Assembly (NCBI GenBank): GCA_963707845.1
Contig: CAVPRL010000002.1
Location: forward strand, 123,532 to 187,531
DNA: 64,000 nucleotides
Direction: 5' to 3'
Origin: an uncultured Actinomycetota bacterium
Lineage (GTDB): Bacteria; Actinomycetota; Actinomycetes; Propionibacteriales; Nocardioidaceae
The notes under the pieces were generated by a model that saw only the letters and a program-made list of their open reading frames with translations, had not been told where the DNA came from and ran no database searches. Positions within the stretch are counted from its first letter, which is position 1; the number at the start of each line of letters is the position of its first letter. The position numbers were made by a program, and so were the translations under genes. Shown here piece after piece: positions 49,334 to 58,329 of this stretch.

Positions 49334-51532
49334 CTACTTCCCGCCGTACGTCCGGCAGGGCTGGCTGCGCAGCGAGCCGCACTTCGGCGCCTTCTTGGGT
49401 ACGTCGATCCCCCTGACCAGCGGCAGCACGATCCGCGAGCGGTGCTTCCGGTCGGCCGCGATCTGGACCCGCTCCCCGTGGGAGATGGTCTCGAAGGACC
49501 AGGTCGGGCGGGCGCCACCGGGCGCGTCCACGGTGATCCGGATCCGTGAGCCCTTGCGGAAAGGCTGTGCGAACGGGAAGAGCTCCACCCGCAGCTTGGT
49601 GAACCTCTTGCGCGACAGGGGCTTGGCATCCGCCTCGCGGTTGGTGTGCACCGGCGAGATCACCGTCGACTTGTCGGCCGCGAGCTTGCGGTGGCTGGCG
49701 CGCAGCCAGCCCGACTGCACGTAGACCTCCCGGCCGTTGGGCCGCACCTCGGTCAGGGTGACCTCGAGGTCGGTGTCGCGAGCGCCGGGGGTGCGCACCC
49801 ACAGGTCGACGGACCCGGTGCCGACGGCGACCACGGTCTTATTCAGCGGCGGCGTGATCCACCCGAGACCGGTGCCGGCGGGGATCTGCCTCCAGTTGTA
49901 CGTCGGGTTCGCGGCCCAGATGGAGCCCGGGCCGGTGAACGTGGTCTTCGGCAGCGCGTTGGGACGAGCCCGGTAGCTGCGCGCCTTGGTCTTGCCCGGC
50001 GCCGCCTTCGACGGCTTCTCACGCAGCTTGTGGCCGGGCGAGAGATACCACGCGGTCGGCTTGGCGCGGGCGATCGGCCAGGACTTGAAGGACTTCTCGA
50101 AGCGCGGCAGCGGCGAGCCGGCCGGTTGCCCGTCGGCCGCCCCCTCTTCGAAGAGGATCCGGATCGGGTCCTGGCCCTCGAAGGTCGAGAGCGCCTTGTC
50201 GTAGGTCATCCCGGTGTAGCTGGTGCCCGCCGGCATCGACAGTCCGCCAATGCCGGTGAGTGCGCCGGCCAGGATCGGCGCGACGAACGCCTTGCGCCCG
50301 GTGGGCACTCGCTGGCCGACGTACAGGTCCAGGAAGTCGGCGTACTTGTCGAAGACCCCGAGGCTCAGCGACTCGGTGTGCGAGCCGTTGGTCATGGTCG
50401 CGTAGAGGTGCGGCGAGGAGGTGAAGTCGTCGAGCATCGCCGGGAAGTGCCCGCCGGTCTGCTCGTCCTGCCAGGCGCCGGCCAGGAAGACCGGCACGTT
50501 GATCTTCTTCGCGAAGAGCATCGGCGAGATCGGGTCACCGACCTCCTTGGTGTAGAAGGGGTTGTCCTTGATCAGCTGCAGCGGGTCGGGGTTTTGCAGC
50601 CGCAGCGACTGGTTGGCCGCGCACATCGTGTCGCCCCCGTCGACGCGTGGCTCCTCCCAGCCCTCGCCGTACGGCGCGGCGTCCTCGGCGCGGTCCTTCG
50701 CCCACGGGACGGCGAACCCGGTGTTGAGGATGCCGCCCGGGTAGAGCGTGCCCTGGTAGGTGTCGTCGATGACCGACAGCGGCGAGATCGCGGAGAGGCT
50801 CGGCGGCTGGGTCTGCGCGACGTACAGCTGCGAGATGCCGGGGTAGGAGATGCCCACCATGCCGACCTTGTGGAACTGCGCCCACGGCTGCGCGGCGATG
50901 GTCTCGATCATGTCGTAGCCGTCGAGGCTCTGGATCGGCTCGAAGTTGCGGAACGAGCCGCCCGAGCAGCCGGTGCCGCGGATGTTCACGCCGACGAAGG
51001 CGAAGCCCAGGTTGGTGTAGAGCTGCGCCATCGTCGTGTTCTTGGGGTTGCTCGGGTCGTAGCCGGAGTACTCGACCACGGTCGGGTACGGCGCGGTCGC
51101 GCCCTTCGGGAAGGTGACGTTCGCCGAGAGCGTGGTGCCGTCGCGGGTGGTGATGTAGCCGAAGTTCTCGCCGAGGGTCTGGCCCGAGTAGAACGACGAC
51201 GCGGGCGCCGGGGTGTCGTAGTCCGTCACCGTGGCGGTCTTCGACGCCGCCGGGCCGCTCGTCGTACGCACCGTGTAGCTGCCGGGGTCGAGCTCGCGCC
51301 AGGCGAAGCTGCCCGCGGCGTCCACGGTGCCGGTCCCGACTACCGCGTTGCTGCCGTTGACGAGCTCGACGCCCTGGCCGGCGGTCGCGTCCAGCAGATA
51401 GAGCTGGTTGACGCTCCCCCGCACGACGAAGTCGCCCGGGGCCGCCGCGGCGATGTCGGTCGCCGCCAGCGCACCGCCGATGAGGGAGATCGTGGCCAGT
51501 GCCGCAAGTGACGCCCGTCTCATGCTTCGCAT
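49334..51532 (-). CDS. Secreted CocE/NonD (S15) family hydrolase
   Basis: Signal peptide; RGTGCSGG, nucleophile GISYPG, C-terminal jelly-roll GWLRASHR...FRKGSRIR. Confidence 0.88.
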   Translation of the reverse strand: MRSMRRASLAALATISLIGGALAATDIAAAAPGDFVVRGSVNQLYLLDATAGQGVELVNGSNAVVGTGTVDAAGSFAWRELDPGSYTVRTTSGPAASKTATVTDYDTPAPASSFYSGQTLGENFGYITTRDGTTLSANVTFPKGATAPYPTVVEYSGYDPSNPKNTTMAQLYTNLGFAFVGVNIRGTGCSGGSFRNFEPIQSLDGYDMIETIAAQPWAQFHKVGMVGISYPGISQLYVAQTQPPSLSAISPLSVIDDTYQGTLYPGGILNTGFAVPWAKDRAEDAAPYGEGWEEPRVDGGDTMCAANQSLRLQNPDPLQLIKDNPFYTKEVGDPISPMLFAKKINVPVFLAGAWQDEQTGGHFPAMLDDFTSSPHLYATMTNGSHTESLSLGVFDKYADFLDLYVGQRVPTGRKAFVAPILAGALTGIGGLSMPAGTSYTGMTYDKALSTFEGQDPIRILFEEGAADGQPAGSPLPRFEKSFKSWPIARAKPTAWYLSPGHKLREKPSKAAPGKTKARSYRARPNALPKTTFTGPGSIWAANPTYNWRQIPAGTGLGWITPPLNKTVVAVGTGSVDLWVRTPGARDTDLEVTLTEVRPNGREVYVQSGWLRASHRKLAADKSTVISPVHTNREADAKPLSRKRFTKLRVELFPFAQPFRKGSRIRITVDAPGGARPTWSFETISHGERVQIAADRKHRSRIVLPLVRGIDVPKKAPKCGSLRSQPCRTYGGK

Positions 51533-51598
51533 GGCGCGATCGTGCCACGTGAAGGCGTCGGCATCGACAGAACGCGACGAGATTCGTCCGCCGACCCG

Positions 51599-51940
51599 CT
51601 AGCGCCGGCCTCCGCGGCCGAGCATGCGGCCCAGCCGATCGGCTATCGACCTGCCCGGCTTGATCTCGACCAGGTTCGACTCCTCCGGATGGGGAAGTTC
51701 CGATGCCTGTTCGGTGGAGAGGGTCGTGCGGACATGGCTGGTGTAGATCGAGCCGATCTGATCGGCGTCGATGAACCGGGTGCCCTCCGCCGTATCGACC
51801 AGGATGCCGTCGAAGACCGAGACCTTCTCGTCCACCAGCACGCTCTGGACCGTGGCGAAGGAGTGCCCGTCGCTCGTCTGCACCGGCGTACCGGGCTGGA
51901 GCGCGGTGTAGGCGATCGGGTGGTCGGCCGCGTCAGACAT
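51599..51940 (-). CDS. Small PRC-barrel-like hypothetical protein
   Basis: PIAYTALQPGTPVQTSDG...FDGILVDT; high GC3. Confidence 0.65.
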   Translation of the reverse strand: MSDAADHPIAYTALQPGTPVQTSDGHSFATVQSVLVDEKVSVFDGILVDTAEGTRFIDADQIGSIYTSHVRTTLSTEQASELPHPEESNLVEIKPGRSIADRLGRMLGRGGRR

Positions 51941-51997
51941 GTCCCAACAGTACGGCCGGCATCGACCCGACCAGATCACCAGCGGAGGATGGTTCAC

Positions 51998-52438
51998 ATG
52001 ACACACGTACGACGCTTCGACCACATCGGCATCACCGTCGCGGACCTCGACTCGGCAACGGCGTTCTTCGTCGGGCTGGGCCTCGAGGTCGAGGGCACCG
52101 GGTCCGTGGAGGGCGAGTTCGTGGAGACCGTCTGCGCGATCCCGGGCGCGCACTGCCAGATCGTGATGCTCGCGTCGCCCGACGGCGGCGCGAAGCTCGA
52201 GCTCTCGAGCTTCGTCAGCCCCGACCACGTGCCCGGGTCACCGAACGCGATGGCGAACGAGCTGGGCCTGCGCAACGTCTCCTTCGAGGTTGGCGACCTG
52301 CAGGCGGCCGTCGACGCGGTCGCTGCGGACGGGTACGGGCTCGTCGGCGGCATCGGCGAGTACGAGGGCAGCGTGCGGATGGCCTACGTGCGCGGGCCAG
52401 AGGGGATCGTCGTGTCGCTGTTCGAGCAGCTGGGGTGA
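51998..52438 (+). CDS. VOC/glyoxalase family protein
   Basis: DHIGITVADL, LELS, YVRGPEGIVVSL. Confidence 0.9.
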   Translation: MTHVRRFDHIGITVADLDSATAFFVGLGLEVEGTGSVEGEFVETVCAIPGAHCQIVMLASPDGGAKLELSSFVSPDHVPGSPNAMANELGLRNVSFEVGDLQAAVDAVAADGYGLVGGIGEYEGSVRMAYVRGPEGIVVSLFEQLG

Positions 52439-52767
52439 CGGGTGTCTTTGCGCCCAGAAAGACGCGGATGCCGTGACTACCGGTGGTCTGAGAAGTCGCG
52501 AGCTCTCGGTGTCTAGTTTCAACTCCTACTGTTGCGGCGTCGGTTTGCGGGGTTCTGGAAGCGATGGATCCGACGAGCCGAACGGGCCAAAGTGAACACG
52601 GAGCCTGCATCCAGTGTCTGGGTGGCCGATCACCCGCATCGCGGAGACCATCCAAGTCCCAGGACACCCACCGCCGGCACTGTCGCCTGCTGCGATTGCA
52701 GACCCGCGGCTGCGGGGCAGGGCACCGGATACTCTGACTCTGATCGCTCACGCGCCCCGCATTAGGG

Positions 52768-54534
52768 TTGGAGTTGAAGGTGCCGAAGCCTCTATCGAAC
52801 GTTCAATTGCTGTTGACCAGTCTCATAAATGAACGACATGCGCTCACCGCCCCAGACCTCAGCGAGACCGCATTCTTCGAACTGCTGGCGGCCGCAGAAC
52901 TTCTTAAGAAGTATGACCTCAGCCTTGATGAACTTCAGGAAGGCATAGTTGGCGGGGGAATGGACGGCGGCATCGATGGCTTCTATGTCTTGGTAGCGGG
53001 CGACCCACTCTCCGAAGCGCACGAGAAGCTCGCAGGACGTGATTCATCCGTGGATGTTCTCCTCTTCCAATCCAAAGTGTCGAAGTCGTTCTCTGGGACC
53101 GCTCTCGACAAGTTGATATCCACGGTCTCGACGCTATTCGATCTCGCGCGCGATATGAGCGATCTACGTGAGTTGTACGACGAAGAACTCGCCGATCGGG
53201 TGGAACAGTTCCGCAAGTTCTATGTTGACAACATCGGCTCCATCGGAAGCATGACGATTCGAGTCAGATACGTGACTCAAGGCGAGGAGCCTCATTCAGC
53301 ATTTGCACCTCAAGTCGACACCATCGAGACGACGTGCAGGCGACTCTTCCCAGGCGCTGCGGCCGACTTTCAGTTTATCGGCGCACCCGAACTGCTCGAA
53401 AGTCTCCGCACGCCAACAGCCGACTGGCACACATTGCCGTTAGCAGAAGACCCGCTCGTCACCTCCGGCGAGTCCGGCTACATTGCTCTCGCGCGGCTAC
53501 ACGACTTCGCACGTTTCGTAACTGATGAGGCCGGAGCGAAGCGCAGGCGTCTCTTTCTTTCGAACGTCCGCGACTACGAAGGTCACAACCAAGTCAATAG
53601 AGCCATCCTCAAGACCCTCGCGGAACCACCCATAGATGATTTCTGGATGTTGAACAACGGGGTCACGATACTCGCCGATGAGGTTCGGCAGACCTATCGG
53701 AAGCTGGTCCTTAAGGATCCGAAGATCGTGAATGGATTGCAGACATCAATGGCGCTAATCCATCACGAGGCAACGAATGGACCGGTCGAGGACGCCAGGT
53801 CCATAATGGTTCGGGTCGTGGTTCCCGCCGACTCCGCAGCGCGTGATCGGATCATCGTTGCGACAAACAGTCAGACTGCGATCAAACCAAGTGTCCTTCG
53901 AGCAGCAGAGGCGGTCCACGCCGACATCGAGGACCTGTTCAGAGGGACTGAACTGGTCTACGAGCGCCGCCGAAACTCGTACCGCAACGACGGCGTCTCG
54001 CTCGAGCGTATTGTTACCATCCCTCAACTGGCACGGTCAGTTGTGGCCATACTCCTGCAAAAGCCGTACCTTTCAGCGAAAGTGAACTCGCAGTCCCGTT
54101 TGGTGGACAGCGATCGCTATTACGCGCAAATCTTTCCGGGCGACTTCCCTCTCGAAGCCTATTTGACGTGCGCACGGATAGCAAAGCGTGTCGAGGTTCT
54201 AATGGGACGCGCATCAGAGGATGAGGACTTTGATATTCACTTTGGGCAAAGACGGAAGCCTCTCCTCTGGTTCACGCAGTGGCACGTTGCAATGCTGGCA
54301 GGAATGAGCGCCTGCGGCGGCGCGCCGGTCACCCCGCAAGCGCTTGCAAGCGTTGATGTCGCTAAGACACCGAGCGGCTCGCTCCACGACGTTGCTCGTT
54401 GGACAAACGAATACTTCTCGACCGCTCGACGTGACTACCAGAAGACCGTCTACCAACTCACAAAGTCTGAACCGCTGACCAGAGGACTGCTTCGAGACTG
54501 GAGCGCGACCGACAAGTCTAACGACGTCGTCTGA
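52768..54534 (+). CDS. AIPR family protein
   Basis: DGGIDG...FQSK N-terminal motif; NVRDY, NNGVTI, IVNGLQTS, TNSQT core; AT-richer codons. Confidence 0.88.
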   Translation: MELKVPKPLSNVQLLLTSLINERHALTAPDLSETAFFELLAAAELLKKYDLSLDELQEGIVGGGMDGGIDGFYVLVAGDPLSEAHEKLAGRDSSVDVLLFQSKVSKSFSGTALDKLISTVSTLFDLARDMSDLRELYDEELADRVEQFRKFYVDNIGSIGSMTIRVRYVTQGEEPHSAFAPQVDTIETTCRRLFPGAAADFQFIGAPELLESLRTPTADWHTLPLAEDPLVTSGESGYIALARLHDFARFVTDEAGAKRRRLFLSNVRDYEGHNQVNRAILKTLAEPPIDDFWMLNNGVTILADEVRQTYRKLVLKDPKIVNGLQTSMALIHHEATNGPVEDARSIMVRVVVPADSAARDRIIVATNSQTAIKPSVLRAAEAVHADIEDLFRGTELVYERRRNSYRNDGVSLERIVTIPQLARSVVAILLQKPYLSAKVNSQSRLVDSDRYYAQIFPGDFPLEAYLTCARIAKRVEVLMGRASEDEDFDIHFGQRRKPLLWFTQWHVAMLAGMSACGGAPVTPQALASVDVAKTPSGSLHDVARWTNEYFSTARRDYQKTVYQLTKSEPLTRGLLRDWSATDKSNDVV

Positions 54535-55045
54535 CTCCTTATGTCCCGCAAGACGCGCATAAGCTTGGCCGTGACGTGCACGCAGCCTTCACTACTGTTC
54601 CTATTACGGAGCTTGCGGAGGTCTGCTCCGCACGGCGTCGGAGAAACGCGGCGTCGCCCAGCCAATCGAGAACAGCGTTCCGCCGCAAAGCTCGCATGAC
54701 GAGGCACTGAACAGGCTCAGCGACTAGAGTTCCGCCGTGGTTGACTCACGTTTCTCGTAACGGCAGTAGCGGTCATCCCGATGTTGATGGTCGCATTCGC
54801 ATTTGTCACGAGTCAGCTGACCGAGGTGCGACGACCTCATCGCCGCTGGTCTCGCACTCTTGGCTGCGTCATATTACCGCCAGCGGGACTGGATCGTCGA
54901 CGCCCGGATCCGCCGTGTTTGTGGGCGTACGACGTGTAAGCAGCGTCAATGCTGGAGCAACACGTCGGCGACTCACCTCGACAGTTCCTGCTCGAACCGG
55001 TGTGTCCTCGGTGTCGGCCGGCCGCGCTGACCGGACGATGTAGTC

Positions 55046-56206
55046 ATGCCTCGCAGTTACCACCGCCAGCCGGCGAATCCTCCAGGTCGCGACCCCGAGC
55101 CGGTTCGCTACTCCGGCGTCAGCAAGGTCGCACGCCAGATCTTGGGCACTCAGGGTGAGTCGGGGCGTTTCGAGTTCAAGGCCAACTCCAAGGCCGTCGA
55201 AGTCCCAGTCCTTGTCGCCGCGGCCAACTGGGTCGCACTCGAGCCGGACCGAGACCACGTCACGCTGCTAGTCGGGGTCGCAGAGGTGTTGGACGAGGAG
55301 ACCGGGCTGACGACGGGCCGACCGGTGCGGATGAGTGGCGCGGACTTGTCCACACACGTGCGCCGCATCCAGTCCGTCGCCGCCACGACGCGACCGGTCC
55401 CGGTCGATGTGCGGATCATCGAGGAAGGGACGAAGACCAGTGTCCCGTTCTTGCGCGTCGAGGTGCGCCCCACGTTCCCGCCGCACTTCGACGGCGCGGG
55501 TCGCCGCGTCACCCGCTACGGTGCGTCGACCCGGCCGCTCGAGGACGAGGAACTGCTCGACATCTACCTCGACCGCGAGGCGCAGAAGTTCGAGGCCCGC
55601 TTCCAGAGCACTGCCCAGCGCACCATCGACGCCGTAGACGCCATCAGCCACGGGCTCGACGGTATGGCGTTCACCTTGGAGAGACTCCCCGGTCTCATCG
55701 ACGGCGCGGAGTCCGCCGCGTCCATGGCCGGCTACGAGGCTGAGGACACGCAGCGAAAGATCGACGACGTCGCCAACCGTTTGGACCAGCTCGAACTCAG
55801 GCTCGCCGAACGGTTGAATAGGACTCCCGACTACTTGTTCTTCCGCCTTCGATACGTACGCCGCCGGGTGTGGCGGTGCTTCAACGTCGATCGAGTCCTC
55901 AAGGCCTCGAAGGCAGCAGAGCAGCTGGCACCCCGCCTCTTGGCTCACCTGAACGAACGCTTGGACTTCAGCGCGTACATGGTGAACCTTGCCCGCCTCG
56001 AGCTCTGGGAGAAGGCTCTGGAGGAGCGCGAACGACCCGCATCCATGCGCTGGTGGAACGACCAGCTCAAGACTTCCGTCGCGATTCCATCTGACGTCGG
56101 CCAACGCGTCCTGGTCGACGACACCGGCAAGTTTCTTGAGGATTGGAACGTCGCGAAGACGTACAAAGACCTCGAACTAGAGCCATGGGACGACGCCCGC
56201 TTCTAA
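55046..56206 (+). CDS. Schlafen/AlbA_2 domain + coiled-coil + unknown C-terminal domain protein
   Basis: GESGRFEFK, AAAN, LLVGV, R.GAST motifs; heptad region near aa 170-260. Confidence 0.72.
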   Translation: MPRSYHRQPANPPGRDPEPVRYSGVSKVARQILGTQGESGRFEFKANSKAVEVPVLVAAANWVALEPDRDHVTLLVGVAEVLDEETGLTTGRPVRMSGADLSTHVRRIQSVAATTRPVPVDVRIIEEGTKTSVPFLRVEVRPTFPPHFDGAGRRVTRYGASTRPLEDEELLDIYLDREAQKFEARFQSTAQRTIDAVDAISHGLDGMAFTLERLPGLIDGAESAASMAGYEAEDTQRKIDDVANRLDQLELRLAERLNRTPDYLFFRLRYVRRRVWRCFNVDRVLKASKAAEQLAPRLLAHLNERLDFSAYMVNLARLELWEKALEERERPASMRWWNDQLKTSVAIPSDVGQRVLVDDTGKFLEDWNVAKTYKDLELEPWDDARF

Positions 56207-56460
56207 CCCTTCCGGGGCAGCTGCCCAACCATATCGCTGTCGTGCATCCGGCGGTGGCGCCGCCCGGGTGGTTTGGGCACGCCGCAACGCCCTCGTCTGC
56301 CGCGACCCCGTGCGTTCACGAGCCGCGTCATACCGCCGCCTACCGGCGTAGGCGACCACAATCACACCGGTCAGTTCTACTTATCGTGCGCACACCCCGA
56401 GGTAGGCCGACTTCAGCGAACAGGGCACCAACCGCGCCGATCAGTCCTAAGGTCTCCTGC

Positions 56461-57252
56461 ATGCCTCGATCACTTTCCCGGCGGACGATCATCGGGACAG
56501 CGGGCGCGCTCGTCGCAGCCCTCGGAGTCGTCCTCCCCGCACACGCCGATGTCGTCGACCCGAACATGCTCCAGGTCAGCGATGGCGTGACCTTCGAATC
56601 GTGCAACGACGTCCCATTCAGCCTGAAGCCCCTCAGCGATTGGGGATCAGGACAGTCTCATGCACTTGGCAACGTCTTCGGCACCTACAACTACGCGGTC
56701 AAACTCACCGTCATCGCTCCCGACGGCACAGAAGGAACCGAGCGGACTGTCAACCGCAGCGCCGACGACCTCAAGCACATCGGGGAAGACACGGGTGAGT
56801 TCTTCCTCTGCGACGGGGCCGGCACCTACGTCGTGCAAGCCTCGGGCTACTGGTGCTGGGTGAACTACAAGCCGGAGGCGGCACCGGACAAGTGCCAGAC
56901 GGTCGACTTCCAGAAGTCGTTCGCGCTTCGCGCCGCCAAGACCGTCACCACTCTCAAGCCCGCGGCCAAGTCCTACCGAATTTCAAAGAAACCACTGACC
57001 TTCACCGCCACGGTGAGCATCGAGCGGTCGACTGGAACCTTCGCTTCCGGTGACACAGAGGTCCGGCTCCAGTACCTCAAAGGCAGCCGCTGGGTGACCT
57101 ACCGGACCGCCTACTCCAAGTCCGCCGGAACCGCCAAGTTCAAGGTGAAGTTCGCCGACACCGGCCGCTACAAGTTCCGCGCGACCGTCGCTGCCGATGA
57201 CGACCACTCGGGATCGCAGTCCTCCATCGTGAAGCTCCGCGTCACCCGCTGA
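56461..57252 (+). CDS. Secreted protein with Ig-like C-terminal domain (possible Tat substrate)
   Basis: SRRTII followed by a hydrophobic stretch and AHA; basic beta-rich C-terminus. Confidence 0.68.
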   Translation: MPRSLSRRTIIGTAGALVAALGVVLPAHADVVDPNMLQVSDGVTFESCNDVPFSLKPLSDWGSGQSHALGNVFGTYNYAVKLTVIAPDGTEGTERTVNRSADDLKHIGEDTGEFFLCDGAGTYVVQASGYWCWVNYKPEAAPDKCQTVDFQKSFALRAAKTVTTLKPAAKSYRISKKPLTFTATVSIERSTGTFASGDTEVRLQYLKGSRWVTYRTAYSKSAGTAKFKVKFADTGRYKFRATVAADDDHSGSQSSIVKLRVTR

Positions 57253-57491
57253 CGCCCTTCATCTAGGGCCGTTGCGCAAGTTCTACGCTGTTGTGCCCGC
57301 ACCGCGCAGCGCTGCCCGGGCCGGAGGGTGAGTCTTGCGCAAGACTCGGGTGCAGGCCGCCAAAACCCCGACCGCGTGTGCGCCGTTCCCGCGGGTCTGC
57401 TGCACGCATAGGTGACGTTTGACCTGCCCCATTCCACCGCCTGAGGGATCGGTCTGATCCCCACGAGTTACTGAGCGCCCGCGCCGTGCGC

Positions 57492-58199
57492 CTAGGGCAG
57501 GGGCAGCCCGTTGTCGTCGGTGCGGAGCGACTGGGTGTTGAACTTGACCTGCCAGATGGTCACCCGGTCGGCCGCGGACCTGATGGCGACCGCGCCGTCC
57601 TGCCAGACGCCGTTCTCGGCCTGGTGCTCGCCCGGAGGGTCGCCCTGGTTCTGGTGGACGTTGTGGACTCCGAGGCCTTGGGTGAAGGGCTCGCCGAAGA
57701 TGTAGATCCGGGCGGCCGTCGGCAGCAGGCCCTCGAGCACGGTGAGGGTGTCGTCACCGTTGCTGGGGACCCAGGGGAACGAGCGCCATCGCAGCAACGG
57801 CAGCCAGTCGAACAGGGATTTCAGCCGGCCCAGGATGCGGTCGAGCCAGCTGGCGTGCCACAGCCTGAACCGGCTCCGGATCCGGACGACCACGAAGCCG
57901 TCGCGCAGGCTCGGGCTCCGGACATAGTCGAGCGCTCCGGACGCGGGGCTGCTGGCGAGCAGGTGGAAGCCGGGACCGAGCGAGCCGACGGGGCCGAGGT
58001 CGGCGGCGCTCAGGTCTTCGACCAGCCGATAGCTGATCCCGCCGTTGGGCTTGTCGACGTCGAGCGCGGCTTCGTAGTTCCCGCTCGGCGTGGCGATCAC
58101 GAGGTGGCCGTGGTACCAGCGGCCGAACTGGTCTGGCGGGTCGCGGAAGAAGTCGACGTACGTCCCGACGGCGACGCCGTATCCGTGGTTCAGGGGCAT
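57492..58199 (-). CDS. DUF2278 (YukJ-like) family protein
   Basis: MPLNHGYGV, GALDYVR, FGEPF, GVHNVHQNQG, ENGVWQDG; AGGAGG RBS. Confidence 0.82.
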   Translation of the reverse strand: MPLNHGYGVAVGTYVDFFRDPPDQFGRWYHGHLVIATPSGNYEAALDVDKPNGGISYRLVEDLSAADLGPVGSLGPGFHLLASSPASGALDYVRSPSLRDGFVVVRIRSRFRLWHASWLDRILGRLKSLFDWLPLLRWRSFPWVPSNGDDTLTVLEGLLPTAARIYIFGEPFTQGLGVHNVHQNQGDPPGEHQAENGVWQDGAVAIRSAADRVTIWQVKFNTQSLRTDDNGLPLP

Positions 58200-58313
58200 C
58201 GCAACCCTCCTTGCCGGCGACAGAAGCCGGGATCCATGGCGCCTCCTACGAAGGATGAACCGGTCATGGTTGATGAGCAAGGGGGTTGCCTGATCCATTC
58301 GATGGGCGTAAAC

Positions 58314-58329
58314 TCGAACGCATGTTCGA
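58314..58329. promoter_or_regulatory. LexA SOS box
   Basis: TCGAAC-GCAT-GTTCGA, matching the actinobacterial consensus TCGAAC-N4-GTTCGA. Confidence 0.85.

Noticed and set aside
52500-52765. Possible IS remnant (GWPITRIAETIQV, HTH-like) upstream of AIPR
   Set aside because: Too short; no DDE motif or paired terminal repeats could be identified
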